From positions 32,001 to 96,000 of the forward strand of contig CAVXEP010000017.1 of the NCBI GenBank assembly GCA_963760795.1: a stretch of DNA of 64,000 bases. Reading direction: 5' to 3'. This DNA is from an uncultured delta proteobacterium. GTDB lineage: Bacteria > Desulfobacterota > Binatia > UBA9968. The position numbers and the translations under genes were made by a program. Below the pieces are notes generated by a model that was not told the DNA's origin, searched no databases, and saw nothing but the letters and a program-made list of their open reading frames with translations. Shown here piece after piece: positions 1 to 10,159 of this stretch (positions are counted from its first letter, which is position 1; each line of letters opens with the position of its first letter).

Positions 1-156
1 GAGACCGAGACCTACCGTCCCGGCATGGTGCTCGCACTGGAACCGAAAGTGCGCTCGGAAAAGAGCGCTGTCCATCTCGAAGAAGATGTTCTGATCACCG
101 ACAAGGGACAGGAGTTTTTGACCAGCGGTTGCCGAAGATTGGATGTAATCAATTAA
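1..156 (+). CDS. M24 family peptidase (Xaa-Pro aminopeptidase-like), C-terminal fragment running off the window
   Basis: Frame 1 translates to ...YRPGMVLALEPK...HLEEDVLITDKGQEFLT..., the typical M24 C-terminal motifs (EP, EDxV); stop TAA at 154-156. Confidence 0.8.
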   Translation, partial: ETETYRPGMVLALEPKVRSEKSAVHLEEDVLITDKGQEFLTSGCRRLDVIN

Positions 157-192
157 CTTACCGTTGGAGACAGCCGGTCTGAATTCTTACGT

Positions 193-268
193 CCTCTCCC
201 ACTGGAAGGGACAGAGGTGAAGGCTCTGTCGCAGCAAACCAGAACCCTCACCCTAACCCTCCCAAAGG
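193..268. repeat. Degenerate CCCTCTCCC / CCCTCACCCTAACCCTC-type intergenic palindromic repeat
   Basis: cctctccc...gggacagagg...ccctcaccctaaccctccc; resembles a widespread REP-like family. Confidence 0.55.
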
Positions 269-322
269 CGCTGGGTAATATCTTTGCGCACCGCGATAAT
301 GAGCAATCATACGGGGCCATCC

Positions 323-1319
323 ATGGATCAAAAAGGCATCCTCTACCTGTCGAATAACGACGTTAAAAAAGTCCTCGACCTCGGCCGGGCCATCGAGATC
401 ACCGAGCAGGCGCTGCGCGACCACAGCGAGGGGCGGGTCACCTGGTCGACGCCGGAAGATCTTCGCGATCAAACCGGAGCAAGGCTGGCAGTCCTGGGTT
501 ACCGGTTGCGCGTTGCAGACATCGCCGGTAGCCGGCTTTCGCATTCGTTCCATCAAAGCCGCCGGCGGCAGCCGGGATGTCTCGCGCCCGCCGCGCGGAC
601 CGAGACGAATGCTGATACTCAGCGATCTTGAAGGCGGCGAGATCCTCTCCTTCATGGATGAAGACTGGTGCCACGCCGTGCGCACCGCGGCGGCGGCAAC
701 CGTCGCCATGCGGCTGCTCGCGCGCAAGGGCGCAAGCACGATGGCGATGCTCGGCGCCGGCGACACCGCTCGCGCCGCCGTGCCAGTAATGGCGCAAGCG
801 TTCAACCTAAAAGAAATCCGCGTCACCTCGCGCACGCCCGAGTCGCGGCAAAACTACGCCAGGGAAATCAGCCAGGAATACGGACTAAACATGGTCCCGG
901 TGGAATCCACGGAAGCAGCGCTCAAAGGCGCGGACGTCGTGATCTCGGCAACCACCACATCGACGCCATTCGTGAAAGACAGCTGGCTCGGCGAAGGAAT
1001 AACCGTTTATTCCATCGGTAAGAACCAGGAGGTGGACAGCGAAGTTTACAAAAACGCCGACAAGTTCATCGTCGACAGTTGGGTCCACTGCAAAAACAAG
1101 TCGGACATGCAGCGCATGCTCAAAGAAAATTATTTGAGCGAAAAGGATCTCTACGCCGAGCTGCCGGAGCTACTCTCCGGCAAAAAGCCAGGACGGCAAT
1201 CCGATCAGGAACGGATCTTCATCCGCGCCATCGGCCTGGTCAATCAAGACATCGCCATGGCCGATCACATTTTTCGCAGCGCTCTGGAAAAAGGTATCGG
1301 CACCCGGCTGCCGTATTGA
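323..1319 (+). CDS. Ornithine cyclodeaminase / mu-crystallin family protein (frameshift near 462)
   Basis: N-terminus ILYLSNNDVKKVL joins ORF 513..1319 containing RTAAA, GAGxxA and VISATTTSTP; one extra base near 462. Confidence 0.85.
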
Positions 1320-1424
1320 CGTTGCTCCGTTGATTCGGGCGACCCCGCTACCACACCAAGGCGTCATCAGCCAATAGGCAATACCAAGAAGTTTGGAATC
1401 ACCATTTTCGGAGGGGAGAAGAGG

Positions 1425-2454
1425 ATGAACAAAAAACTCCAGAGACAATGGTTAAATTATTCTTTCGGCAATCCAAAATGGCTTGGGCTTTTCGCTCTGC
1501 TTTACATATTCGCGTTGAGTGCGACGGGAATGGGCGATGCCCAGCCAACAAAGGTTTGGAAGATCGGCGTGCTGGTTTCGAGCTCGCAGGCGTTGAACGC
1601 TGCCCGCGACGAGGCTTTGCGCCAGGGGCTGCGCGACCTGGGTTACGAAGAGGGCAAGAATATCGTCATGGAATATCGTTACGGCGAAGGAAAAACCGAC
1701 CGCTTGGCGGCCCTCGCGCGCGAGCTGGTCGAGCACAAAGTCGACGTCATCGTCGCCGGCGGCACCAGCGTTGCGGTGGCGGCGAAGAACGCCACCAGCA
1801 CGATACCGATCGTTGTCGCCGGCGCCGGCGATCTGGTCGAGGCCGGCTTGATCAATAGCTTCGTGTACCCCGGCGGCAACGTGACCGGTGTGGCGCGCCT
1901 GTCCGCCGACTTCTTCGGCGACCGAATCAAATTGATCAGAGAAATCGTTCCGAAAGGTTCTATGATAGCCGCGCTGTTCAATCCCAAGAACCCCGGCCAC
2001 GCCCGCAGCTTGAAGGATGCCGAGCTGGGAGTGCACTCGTCGGGAATGACCTTTCAATCCGTCGCGGCGAAATCCGCCAACGAATTGGACGGCGCCATTA
2101 GTGGCGCAGCCAAAGGCGGCGCCAAGATGCTTTTCCTCCTGACCGACGCTATGTTCAACAGTAACCTCGCGCCGATTGCGGCAAGCGCGATCAAATTCAA
2201 ACTGCCGTCGGTGTACGACCGTGGCGAGTTTGTCGAAGCCGGCGGACTGCTAAGCCACGGCGTCAACCTGCCTGACCTATCGCGGCGCGCCGCCGAGTAT
2301 GTCGATCAGATACTCAAAGGCAAAAAGCCCGGCGATCTCACCCTGGTCCAACCGATCAAGCTCGATCTGTCGATTAATCTCAAAGACCGCCAAACAGATC
2401 AACGTAACGATTCCAGCCCCGATGGTACAGCGCGCGGTGAAAGTCATTCAATGA
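1425..2454 (+). CDS. ABC transporter substrate-binding protein (COG2984 type); frameshift near 2383
   Basis: Motifs GLRDLGYEEGKNI, KNATSTIPIV, PGGNVTG, YVDQILKGKKPGDL; the true C-terminus NLKTAKQINVTIP...VIQ* lies in the shifted frame and ends at 2454. Confidence 0.9.
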
Positions 2455-2662
2455 AAGAAGCCAACCGGCATTAGGCAGTGGCAGCCAGGGAGCATGAATA
2501 AAAGAAGTGGGAAGCGACGGCTCGATTTCTTTTCGGCCAATTGAAAATCCGATAGCGGCCCCGCAGACGCAAAGCGGCGCATCTCACCCAAACGGAGTTG
2601 ACAAAGACTCCGTGTCGCGAGTTTGGCTCAAGGAAAACCAACCTCCCGAGAACTCGACTCCG

Positions 2663-3694
2663 CTACCGGATCTGAAAAATCTCGCGCCAGAGTTTTTGAT
2701 ACTTGGGATAGTCTTTGCCGTCTTCAACCGTCAGCATGTAGACCTTCGCCGGGCGGCTTTTTTCCAGCGGCTCCACTTTGGGATGGGCCGGGGTCTCGCC
2801 GGCTTGGGCGTAAACTTTCTGGCCTTCCTCGCTGATCAGCCAGCGCGCCCAGAGTAAGCCCGGCGTTGGGATGGGGCGAGTCTTTCAAAACTGTCACTGT
2901 GCCGCCGACATGGCCGACGCCTTCGGAGAGCATCAACTGCAACGGCGATCCTAACTTGATGCGCGGCGGGAAGTGATGTCCATAACAGGTCAAACAGACA
3001 TCGGCCTGGCCGGCCGCGAGGAGCTCGATCAATTGCGAGTGGCCGCGATGAAACTCGGGGTTGTTGACGGCGATCTTTTTGAACAGCTCGATGGCTTTGT
3101 CGTCGCTGGCGTACTTGTACTTGGCCAAGCCCATGAGCAATTGGAAATCCCGCGGCTCGGCAGCCAGTCGCTTATTCCACTTCGGATCGGCGAACTCTTC
3201 GAACTGCCTGGGCTCTTCGCCCTTTTTCACCCGGCTGGTGTTCCAACCGGCGACGAAGTATTCGGTATCCGACGCCACCCAGTAGCTGCCCTTCATGCCG
3301 GCGGGATAGGCGGCAGCTTCGGGTAGTGCAATATCCATCAGCAGGTTTTGTTCCTTCAACTGCTGCAGGTACACCTGCGTGCCGCCAAAGACATCGCCGA
3401 ACACTTTACCGCCGCGCGCCTCGGCGATGGCGCGCGCGACCAGCTTGTCGGAAGTCGCGTCGACATGCTCGATGGTGATACCGGGAAAACGCTTGCGGAA
3501 CGCCGGGAAAACGATCTCTTCGGTTTTCGCCGATAACGGCGCGTAGACAACCACGCGCCCTTCTTTTTTCGCCCGCTGATAAATCTCATCTAAAGATTGC
3601 GCCGCCACCGAGCCAGGCTGCAGGAGAAGATAACCAACAATAACGATTAAACTCGTCAGCGATTAGTTTTTCTCGAAAGACTACCGTAACCCAT
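2663..3694 (-). CDS. Extracellular solute-binding protein (Fe3+/polyamine-type SBP); frameshifts near 3665 and 2855
   Basis: AKKEGRVVVY, DPKW and PHPNA motifs; AGGAGG RBS before ATG 3694; restored C-terminus ...KLWREIFQIR*. Confidence 0.85.
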
Positions 3695-3727
3695 GCCCAG
3701 TCCTCCTTCTAGGTTATTCGAACGAAA

Positions 3728-3773
3728 GGAGGGCGGACATTCCTGTCCGCCTGGCGGGTGGAAACCGCCTCCT
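3728..3773. repeat. REP-like hairpin GGCGGACA-TTCC-TGTCCGCC with a second small hairpin
   Basis: Perfect 8-bp stem at 3732-3751, enclosed by ggagg...cctcc. Confidence 0.6.
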
Positions 3774-3841
3774 ATCGCTCCGTCGCGCAAAGCAGCTTTC
3801 GGTAATTTTTGAATTTCCCATCAGGCGCGCTTTGCGCGCGC

Positions 3842-4893
3842 CTACATATCCACCTTCACGCCGTTCTTGGCGCACTCGTCGGCGAACATTTGCCGCATCC
3901 ACTCGTCGCCTTCCTCGAACTCGATCTGCTCGACGCCGCGCTCTTCGCCTTGCACCGCCGTGTTGGCGTGTAGCGCGACAAACTTACAGGGCTTATTGCC
4001 GGTGTTGTAATGCTGGTGCCACGAGCCTGCCGGCGGCGAGATCACCGTGCCTTCATGCCAGTCGTAGCGCTGCGGCTTTGCGCCCTCCTGCCACATCAGC
4101 GTGTAGCCGGTGGAGTCGAGCAGAAACACATGGGCGCCGGGGCCGTGGCGGTGGGCTTTTTTGTAACGGCCGACGGGGAATTCCGAAACATGCGCCAGCA
4201 TCGAGCCGCCGGACATGTGAATATACATGTTGCGCGTGCCTTTGCCGCGCTTCTCGCGGGCGACGAGATTGATCTTGCGGATGTCGGGGATGAAATTGGA
4301 GTGTAAAATGCCGCCGTAGTACTCAGTGAAATATTTTCCTTCTTTGGCAAAGAACTCGGCGTCACCGGGATCGAAGCGGTCCTTGAACTGGTAATTGGTG
4401 TTGTAGATAAATTCCGGGTCGCGGTACAGCTCGAACGCCACCGGCTGGCTGGTCAGCGCGAAATAGCGGCCGGCTCGCTGCCGCTGGCATTGAAATGCTG
4501 GTGCCAGGCGTTGAGCGGAATCGCGAAGGTGCTGCCGCGCTCCCACTCAAAAGTTCGCTTCAACCTGCCGTCATACCACACCGAAGTCGCGCCGCGCCCG
4601 GCGGCGACAGTGATGATCTCTTCGTAGAGTTGGCGCTGCGGCTTGGAACTTTTCCCCGCATCGATCTCGCAAATATAGCCGTCCGCCACCATCTGATCGG
4701 AGAAAGTGCAAATCGCCCCTTTACAGTCTTTGCGCGGCCAATACTTGAGCGGTTCGGTGCGCACATCCTGGACGAACTCACCGCCGACGATCGGCACGCC
4801 CTCGGCTTTGAGCCAATTCTTGTACGGACTGTACTTGTCCATCATGAACTGGACATAGGGATGAACTTCAAATTCCTTCTGCGGCCCGGCCAT
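3842..4893 (-). CDS. Bicupin protein (gentisate 1,2-dioxygenase-like fold); frameshift near 4470
   Basis: ORFs 4453..4893 and 3842..4546 join; cupin motifs AHRHGPG, WHQH (twice), FEWERG / YDWHEG. Confidence 0.8.
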
Positions 4894-4918
4894 AAACTAC
4901 CTCCATGAACCTGCGCCG

Positions 4919-4948
4919 AACTTACTTCCCACAGTGAAGCAGTGTCAA
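4919..4948 (-). promoter_or_regulatory. Putative sigma70 promoter of the cupin gene
   Basis: Minus strand TTGACA-N18-TAAGTT, 25 bp upstream of ATG 4893 with GGAGG RBS. Confidence 0.5.
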
Positions 4949-4976
4949 TGCTTGGAATCATGATGAAGGAGATCTC

Positions 4977-5053
4977 ACCACGAAGATCGCGAAGGACACG
5001 AAGGTTTTGGACGAATTAAATTCCGAACTTCATGCTCTTCTGTCCTCCTTGAA
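4977..5053. repeat. CACGAAG 9-mer tandem-repeat hairpin element (related copy at 22078-22154)
   Basis: accacgaagatcgcgaaggacacgaaggtt...ccgaacttcatgctcttc; same architecture as the copy at 22078. Confidence 0.7.
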
Positions 5054-5095
5054 AAGTGAGGGATGATATGCACATCGAAGAATCTCCGGAGCTCC

Positions 5096-5172
5096 GTCAT
5101 ACCCGCGAAAGCGGGTATCCAGGCTAATTCGGCGCAGAACTAAACCTGGATTCCCGCGTGCGCGGGAATGAC
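5096..5172. repeat. GTCAT-type REP-like element (GTCATxCCCGCGAAAGCGGGxATCCAG...CTGGATTCCCGC...GCGGGAATGAC)
   Basis: Two internal hairpins with inverted termini GTCAT/ATGAC. Confidence 0.85.
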
Positions 5173-5316
5173 GAATCGAGGAGGGGGGATGTTCTGGGAG
5201 TGGTAACCATTTTCATCGTCTATAGGCCAGCGCAAGCTCATGGACACTTCGTGGTAAATACGTCTTTGCTTGGTGGCGGACAAGGGTGATATACGACGGC
5301 TTGTGGAGGAATTACC

Positions 5317-6318
5317 ATGAGCCAAACCGTACGCGCCTTTGCGGTCGCTTTTTGTCTCCTGACGACACCGGTCCTAAGCTTTTCCCAAAGCAAAGATCTC
5401 ACGCGCATTCGCGTCAGCTACTCCTCCATCGGCGCCGCGTCGCTGCCGACCTGGGTTGCCGTGGACGCCGGCATCTTCAATAAACATGGCCTCGATGTCG
5501 GCTTGATTTACATCGGCGGCGGGCCGCGCGCCATGTCGACCACCATCGCCAACGAAACCCAGATCACTCAAGGCGCCGGTACCGGCAGCATCCTGGCGAA
5601 GGTGGGCGGCGCCGATACCGTCATGTTCGCCACGCTGGTAAATACCACGCCGCAAAGCCTGATCGTCCATCCGGACCTGCGCTCGCCGCAGGATTTGAAA
5701 GGCAAGAAGCTCGGCGTCACCCGCTTCGGCGCGCTCAGCGATTTCGGCGTGCGCAAATATTTGCAGAAAATCAATCTAGAGCCGGAAAAAGATGTCGCCC
5801 TCTTGCAATTGGGCGGCCTGCCGGAAATCCTCGCCGCCCTGCAGAGCGGCGCCATCCATGGCGGCGCACTGTCGTCGCCGGCGCTGACTAAAGCGAAGCA
5901 CTTAGGGTTCAAAGAATTGATGGATTTGGGTAATCTCGGCATTCAATATCCCGGTCTCTCCTATATGGCGACCGAATCCTACATCAAGACCCATCGCGCC
6001 ACCGTCATTAATTTTCTCAAAGCGATCATCGAGTCGACGCATAGCTTGAAGCGCAACAAAGACTTCACCATCCGCGTGCTGAAAAAATATACCAAGATGG
6101 ACGAGCCGGCCGTGCTCGACGAAACCTACGAATTGTTCACCCAGCGCTATTTCCGTCTGGTGCCAACGCCGTCGGGCGAAGAAGTAAAAACCGTCCTCGA
6201 CCAGATCAAGGACAAAGATCCAAAAGCCCGCACCACCGACTACGACAGCTTCATCCGCACCGATCTGCTGCGCGAGATCGAGCAGAGCGGCTTCATCAAG
6301 GCATTGGCCAAGGGTTAG
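5317..6318 (+). CDS. ABC substrate-binding protein, NMT1/THI5/SsuA-like
   Basis: Signal peptide; GIFNKHGLDV, DLKGKKLGVTRFG, ALQSGAIHG motifs; GAGG RBS. Confidence 0.9.
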   Translation: MSQTVRAFAVAFCLLTTPVLSFSQSKDLTRIRVSYSSIGAASLPTWVAVDAGIFNKHGLDVGLIYIGGGPRAMSTTIANETQITQGAGTGSILAKVGGADTVMFATLVNTTPQSLIVHPDLRSPQDLKGKKLGVTRFGALSDFGVRKYLQKINLEPEKDVALLQLGGLPEILAALQSGAIHGGALSSPALTKAKHLGFKELMDLGNLGIQYPGLSYMATESYIKTHRATVINFLKAIIESTHSLKRNKDFTIRVLKKYTKMDEPAVLDETYELFTQRYFRLVPTPSGEEVKTVLDQIKDKDPKARTTDYDSFIRTDLLREIEQSGFIKALAKG

Positions 6319-6522
6319 CCGCCTAAATCAAAATCCGTAGGGAGTTTCGAGGTTAAGTCCCGATTGGCTCATCGAAGCCGGCCAAATTCGGGGTATTTTT
6401 TCACTTTCGCCTCGATCCGGCGGCGATTCCATTGCGGCTACCCTCATGGACTTTGCCAAGAAAAATGTGATAAGAATTTTGCTTCAATCCTGAATTATTA
6501 TTCATCACAAGGAGATAGAAGA

Positions 6523-7518
6523 ATGGCGACAAAGCTGAAATTTGGATTACTGCTGCCGCATTTTTGCGAGTATGGCTCCACCGAACTATGTGTTGAGGGA
6601 TCAAAAAAAGCCGAGGCTTATGGCTTCGACTCGGTTTGGGTCAGAGACCACTTGGTTTTCGAGCCCCATGGCATGGAAGGTGAAGACAACACCCACATCG
6701 AAGGCTTGCTGATCCTCGCGGCGGTGGCCACGGTTTGTAAAAAATTGACGCTCGGCACCGGCACGGTGATCTCCCATCGCCATCCGATTCATCTGGCACA
6801 ATCCATGGCCGGCTTGAGCACGATGTGCGAGAACCTCATCATGGGTCTGGGCCTTGGTACTTTTCCCCATGAATTCGAAGCCGCCGGTCACACCAAAACG
6901 ACACTGCAGGATCGCGCCAACGTCGCCAAGATCAATGCGCAGCTGTGCCGCCGCTTCTGGGCCGGTGAAAAGATCAGCTACAAGGACGACTATTACGATT
7001 TCAAGGACGTCGAGCTCAAACCGACGCCGAGCAAAAAAATTCCGATTTGGTACGGCGGCGGCACGCCGGCTTCGGCGCGCCGCGCGGCGGATTATTGCGA
7101 CGGCTGGATGCCTGGCCGTATTCCCACGGCGACATTCAATAAGATGGTGAAATACTTGGAAGAGCAGTGCAAGCTCGCCGGCCACCCCATGGTTACCACC
7201 GGCGCGATTCCGATCACCAGCATCGATAAGAATAGAGATGTCGCGCTCAGCAAGGTCAACACCAAGGGGCTGATCAACGAAGGCAACTCGCCGAGCAAAA
7301 AGACCTGGGTGAAACCGAAATCCGGGACCTTTTCGACTGTCGAAGATATAGAAGGCTTGCTGATGGCCGGCACCCCGGCGGATATCGCGCGCGACACCAA
7401 GCGTTACGAAGAGGCCGGCCTCAATCACATCGTTTTCGATCTGCGCTTCCGCTACGCCGATTGGTATCAGCAGATCGACTATCTGGGTCAGGAAGTGCTT
7501 CCCGCGGTTCGCGCGTAA
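6523..7518 (+). CDS. LLM-class (luciferase-like) flavin/F420-dependent oxidoreductase
   Basis: AEAYGFDSVWVRDH, LGLG, PIWYGG, RRAADYCDGWMP; AGGAG RBS before ATG 6523. Confidence 0.9.
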   Translation: MATKLKFGLLLPHFCEYGSTELCVEGSKKAEAYGFDSVWVRDHLVFEPHGMEGEDNTHIEGLLILAAVATVCKKLTLGTGTVISHRHPIHLAQSMAGLSTMCENLIMGLGLGTFPHEFEAAGHTKTTLQDRANVAKINAQLCRRFWAGEKISYKDDYYDFKDVELKPTPSKKIPIWYGGGTPASARRAADYCDGWMPGRIPTATFNKMVKYLEEQCKLAGHPMVTTGAIPITSIDKNRDVALSKVNTKGLINEGNSPSKKTWVKPKSGTFSTVEDIEGLLMAGTPADIARDTKRYEEAGLNHIVFDLRFRYADWYQQIDYLGQEVLPAVRA

Positions 7519-7523
7519 TTAAG

Positions 7524-7598
7524 GTTCAAACAGTTCAAACATCCGATCCGAATCCGCAATACGGTTTGAACGACTTGAACGGTTTGAACTTTTTGAAC
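7524..7598. repeat. GTTCAAAC / TTGAAC 9-mer tandem-repeat hairpin
   Basis: gttcaaac-agttcaaac ... ggtttgaac-gacttgaac-ggtttgaac-tttttgaac. Confidence 0.75.
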
Positions 7599-7617
7599 GA
7601 ACTTTAGGAGATCTAGA

Positions 7618-8538
7618 ATGCGTACCGAAAAAGTAAATTTCTACAGCGAAGGCATCAAGCTCGCCGGCGTGATTTACCTGCCAGACTCAGACCAAGGCAA
7701 GCCTTATCCCGGCATCGTTCAGGGTCCCGGCTTTCTCGGACTCAAAGACGCCAAGCACTATATCTTGATGTTCGAGAAGCTCTGCGCCGCCGGTTACGCC
7801 TGTCTGTGCTTCGATTACCGCGGTTGGGGCGATAGCGAAGGTGACGACCGCGGCTGGGTCATGCCCAAATGGCAGGCGGAAGATATCCGCAGCGCGCTCA
7901 GCTTCATGGAAACCCGCGCGGATATCGACCCCGACCGGCTCGCCACCTACGGCTCCGGCGGCACCGGCGGCGGCAACGCCGTCTACGTCGCGGCCATCGA
8001 TGCCCGGGTGAAATGCTGCGTCAGCTACCTGGGCGTCAGCAGCGGCCGCGAGTGGCTCCACTCCATGCGCCGCGAGTACGAATGGGTCGATTACTTGAAA
8101 AGCATGGAGGTCGACCGCAAGCAACGCGCGCTAACCGGCAAAGGCGCCATCGTCAGCGCCCGCGAAGGCGGCGTCATGGTGCAGACCCCGGAGCGCGTGA
8201 CCACTACGATCAAGAAAGACGTGGCCGATAAAATTCCCGACGCCATGCCGCTCGCCTGCGCCGAGGCGATCCTGGAATATAATCCCATCGATTTGGTGCA
8301 CAAGATTTCGCCGCGCGGCGTGCTCTTCATCGCCGTCGAAGGCGATGCGGTGACACCGGAACAGCAGTCCTTCGATTTATACAAAGCGGCGGGTGAGCCG
8401 AAGAAGTTGGTGCTCTATAAGAAAACCACCCACTACGGCATTTACAACGATTATTTCGACGATGTCGCCGCCAACGTGGTCGACTGGTATAACCGCCACT
8501 TGAAGTACCACAAAGTCGAAATCACCGAGACCAAGTAG
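7618..8538 (+). CDS. Alpha/beta hydrolase (S9/S15-like)
   Basis: FDYRGWGDSEG, nucleophile elbow region YGSGGTGGGNA, AGEPKKL, C-terminal His in THYG. Confidence 0.85.
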   Translation: MRTEKVNFYSEGIKLAGVIYLPDSDQGKPYPGIVQGPGFLGLKDAKHYILMFEKLCAAGYACLCFDYRGWGDSEGDDRGWVMPKWQAEDIRSALSFMETRADIDPDRLATYGSGGTGGGNAVYVAAIDARVKCCVSYLGVSSGREWLHSMRREYEWVDYLKSMEVDRKQRALTGKGAIVSAREGGVMVQTPERVTTTIKKDVADKIPDAMPLACAEAILEYNPIDLVHKISPRGVLFIAVEGDAVTPEQQSFDLYKAAGEPKKLVLYKKTTHYGIYNDYFDDVAANVVDWYNRHLKYHKVEITETK

Positions 8539-8547
8539 GAGTAGAAA

Positions 8548-9570
8548 ATGAACAAAATTTCCTTTGGCGTGCGCGTGCCCAACTCGGGACCGCTGTCGAG
8601 CATCGAGAACATCGTTAAAGCGACCAAGGCAGCCGAAAGCATGGGCTTCGACGCCGTCTGGGTGCATGACCATGTGGTGTGGAGTTCGGAAATGCACCGC
8701 CATCATATTTCGTCCGGCGCCGCCGAAGCGCTGACCGACACCCAGGATGCAAATTTTTTTGAAGCGACGACGATTCTGTCGTACTTGGCGGCGGAAACCA
8801 AAAAAATCGTCCTCGGCGTCGCCTGCTTGGTCATGCCCTGCCGCAATCCGATTTACGCCGCCAAACAATACTCGACCCTAGACATTCTTGCTCAGGGCCG
8901 TTTGCTGGTCGGCGTCGGTTTGGGTTCCAAAGCGACCCGCGAGTCGGACGAGTTCGGCGTCTTTGGCGTGCCCTATGATCGCCGCGGCGACCGCACGGAC
9001 GAATATATCGAAGCGATGAAAGCGATCTGGACCCAACCGCTGGCTTCTTACAAAGGCGATTTCATCCAATTCAACAATGCCGAAGTATTTCCCAAGCCGT
9101 TTCAAAAGCCCCATCCGCCAGTCTGGGTCGGCGGCTGGATGAAGCTCGCCGCCAAGCGCGCCGGTAAATACGGCGAAGGCTGGATTCCCGGCTGGTTGTC
9201 GCCGAAGGAGATGAAAGTCGGCTGCGATATTCTCAACAAGACCGCCGAAGACAATGGCCGCGATCCGAAAAAGATCACCATCGCCGTTGAAAAGCTGGCG
9301 ACCATCGCCAAGACCCGCGACGAAGGTTTGAACCTGGCGATGCCGACACTCAAAACCAGCAGCGAGAGCTACGAGCGCGACATCGACAGCATGCAGTTCG
9401 CCCTGGACCGCCATATCTTCGGTTCGGTGGACGATGTGCGCCGCCGCGTCGATGAGTTTATCGAAAACGGCGTGCAGCATTTTGAACTCAAGATCATCTA
9501 TCCGACCATGGATAGCTTGACCGAGCAGATGGAACTGTGGGCCGAGAATATTCTGCCGCGGTATAACTAA
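8548..9570 (+). CDS. LLM-class flavin/F420-dependent oxidoreductase
   Basis: AESMGFDAVWVHDH, GRLLVGVGLG, PKPFQKPHPPVWVGG. Confidence 0.9.
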   Translation: MNKISFGVRVPNSGPLSSIENIVKATKAAESMGFDAVWVHDHVVWSSEMHRHHISSGAAEALTDTQDANFFEATTILSYLAAETKKIVLGVACLVMPCRNPIYAAKQYSTLDILAQGRLLVGVGLGSKATRESDEFGVFGVPYDRRGDRTDEYIEAMKAIWTQPLASYKGDFIQFNNAEVFPKPFQKPHPPVWVGGWMKLAAKRAGKYGEGWIPGWLSPKEMKVGCDILNKTAEDNGRDPKKITIAVEKLATIAKTRDEGLNLAMPTLKTSSESYERDIDSMQFALDRHIFGSVDDVRRRVDEFIENGVQHFELKIIYPTMDSLTEQMELWAENILPRYN

Positions 9571-9572
9571 AG

Positions 9573-9650
9573 ATTGGAGTAATGGAGTGGCGGAGTGATG
9601 GAGTATTGGGTCTAAGAAAACCCAGCACTCCAGGACTCCATTACTCCAAT
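9573..9650. repeat. GGAGTRNT 8-mer tandem-repeat hairpin
   Basis: 16-bp perfect inverted termini attggagtaatggagt...actccattactccaat. Confidence 0.85.
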
Positions 9651-9661
9651 TGAACTTACCC

Positions 9662-10159
9662 ATGAATCTGCAATTTATCCTAAACGGCAAGCCCTGGTCG
9701 GTGGAGTGCGAGCCGGCGGACACGCTGGCCGAGGTGCTGCGCAATCAGCTCAACTTGAACGGCACGAAAGTGTCCTGCGAAGTGCAAGTGTGCGGCGCCT
9801 GCACGGTGCTGGTCGATAATCTGCCGGTGAGCGCCTGCACCTATCTCGCCTACGAAGCGCGCGGCAAAAACCTCTTGACCGTCGAAGGTTTGGAAAAAGC
9901 CGATGGCACGCTGCATCCGATCCAGCAGGCCTTCATCGACGAGTTCGCCTTTCAGTGCGGCTTCTGCACGCCGGGCATGATCATGGCGACCAAAGCGCTG
10001 TTGGATGAGATTCCCAATCCGACTCGCGAAGAGATCATCCACCACATGGACGGCAATATCTGCCGCTGCACCGGCTACGTGCCGATCGTCGCCGCCATCC
10101 AACGCGCCGCCGGCATGATGTCCAAGGAGATCCCAAGTGAGCGCCGAAAAGCCAACTGA
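9662..10159 (+). CDS. Mo-hydroxylase small subunit, 2x[2Fe-2S] (CoxS/XdhC-like)
   Basis: GTKVSCEVQVCGACTV, QCGFCTPG and NICRCTGY motifs. Confidence 0.95.
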   Translation: MNLQFILNGKPWSVECEPADTLAEVLRNQLNLNGTKVSCEVQVCGACTVLVDNLPVSACTYLAYEARGKNLLTVEGLEKADGTLHPIQQAFIDEFAFQCGFCTPGMIMATKALLDEIPNPTREEIIHHMDGNICRCTGYVPIVAAIQRAAGMMSKEIPSERRKAN

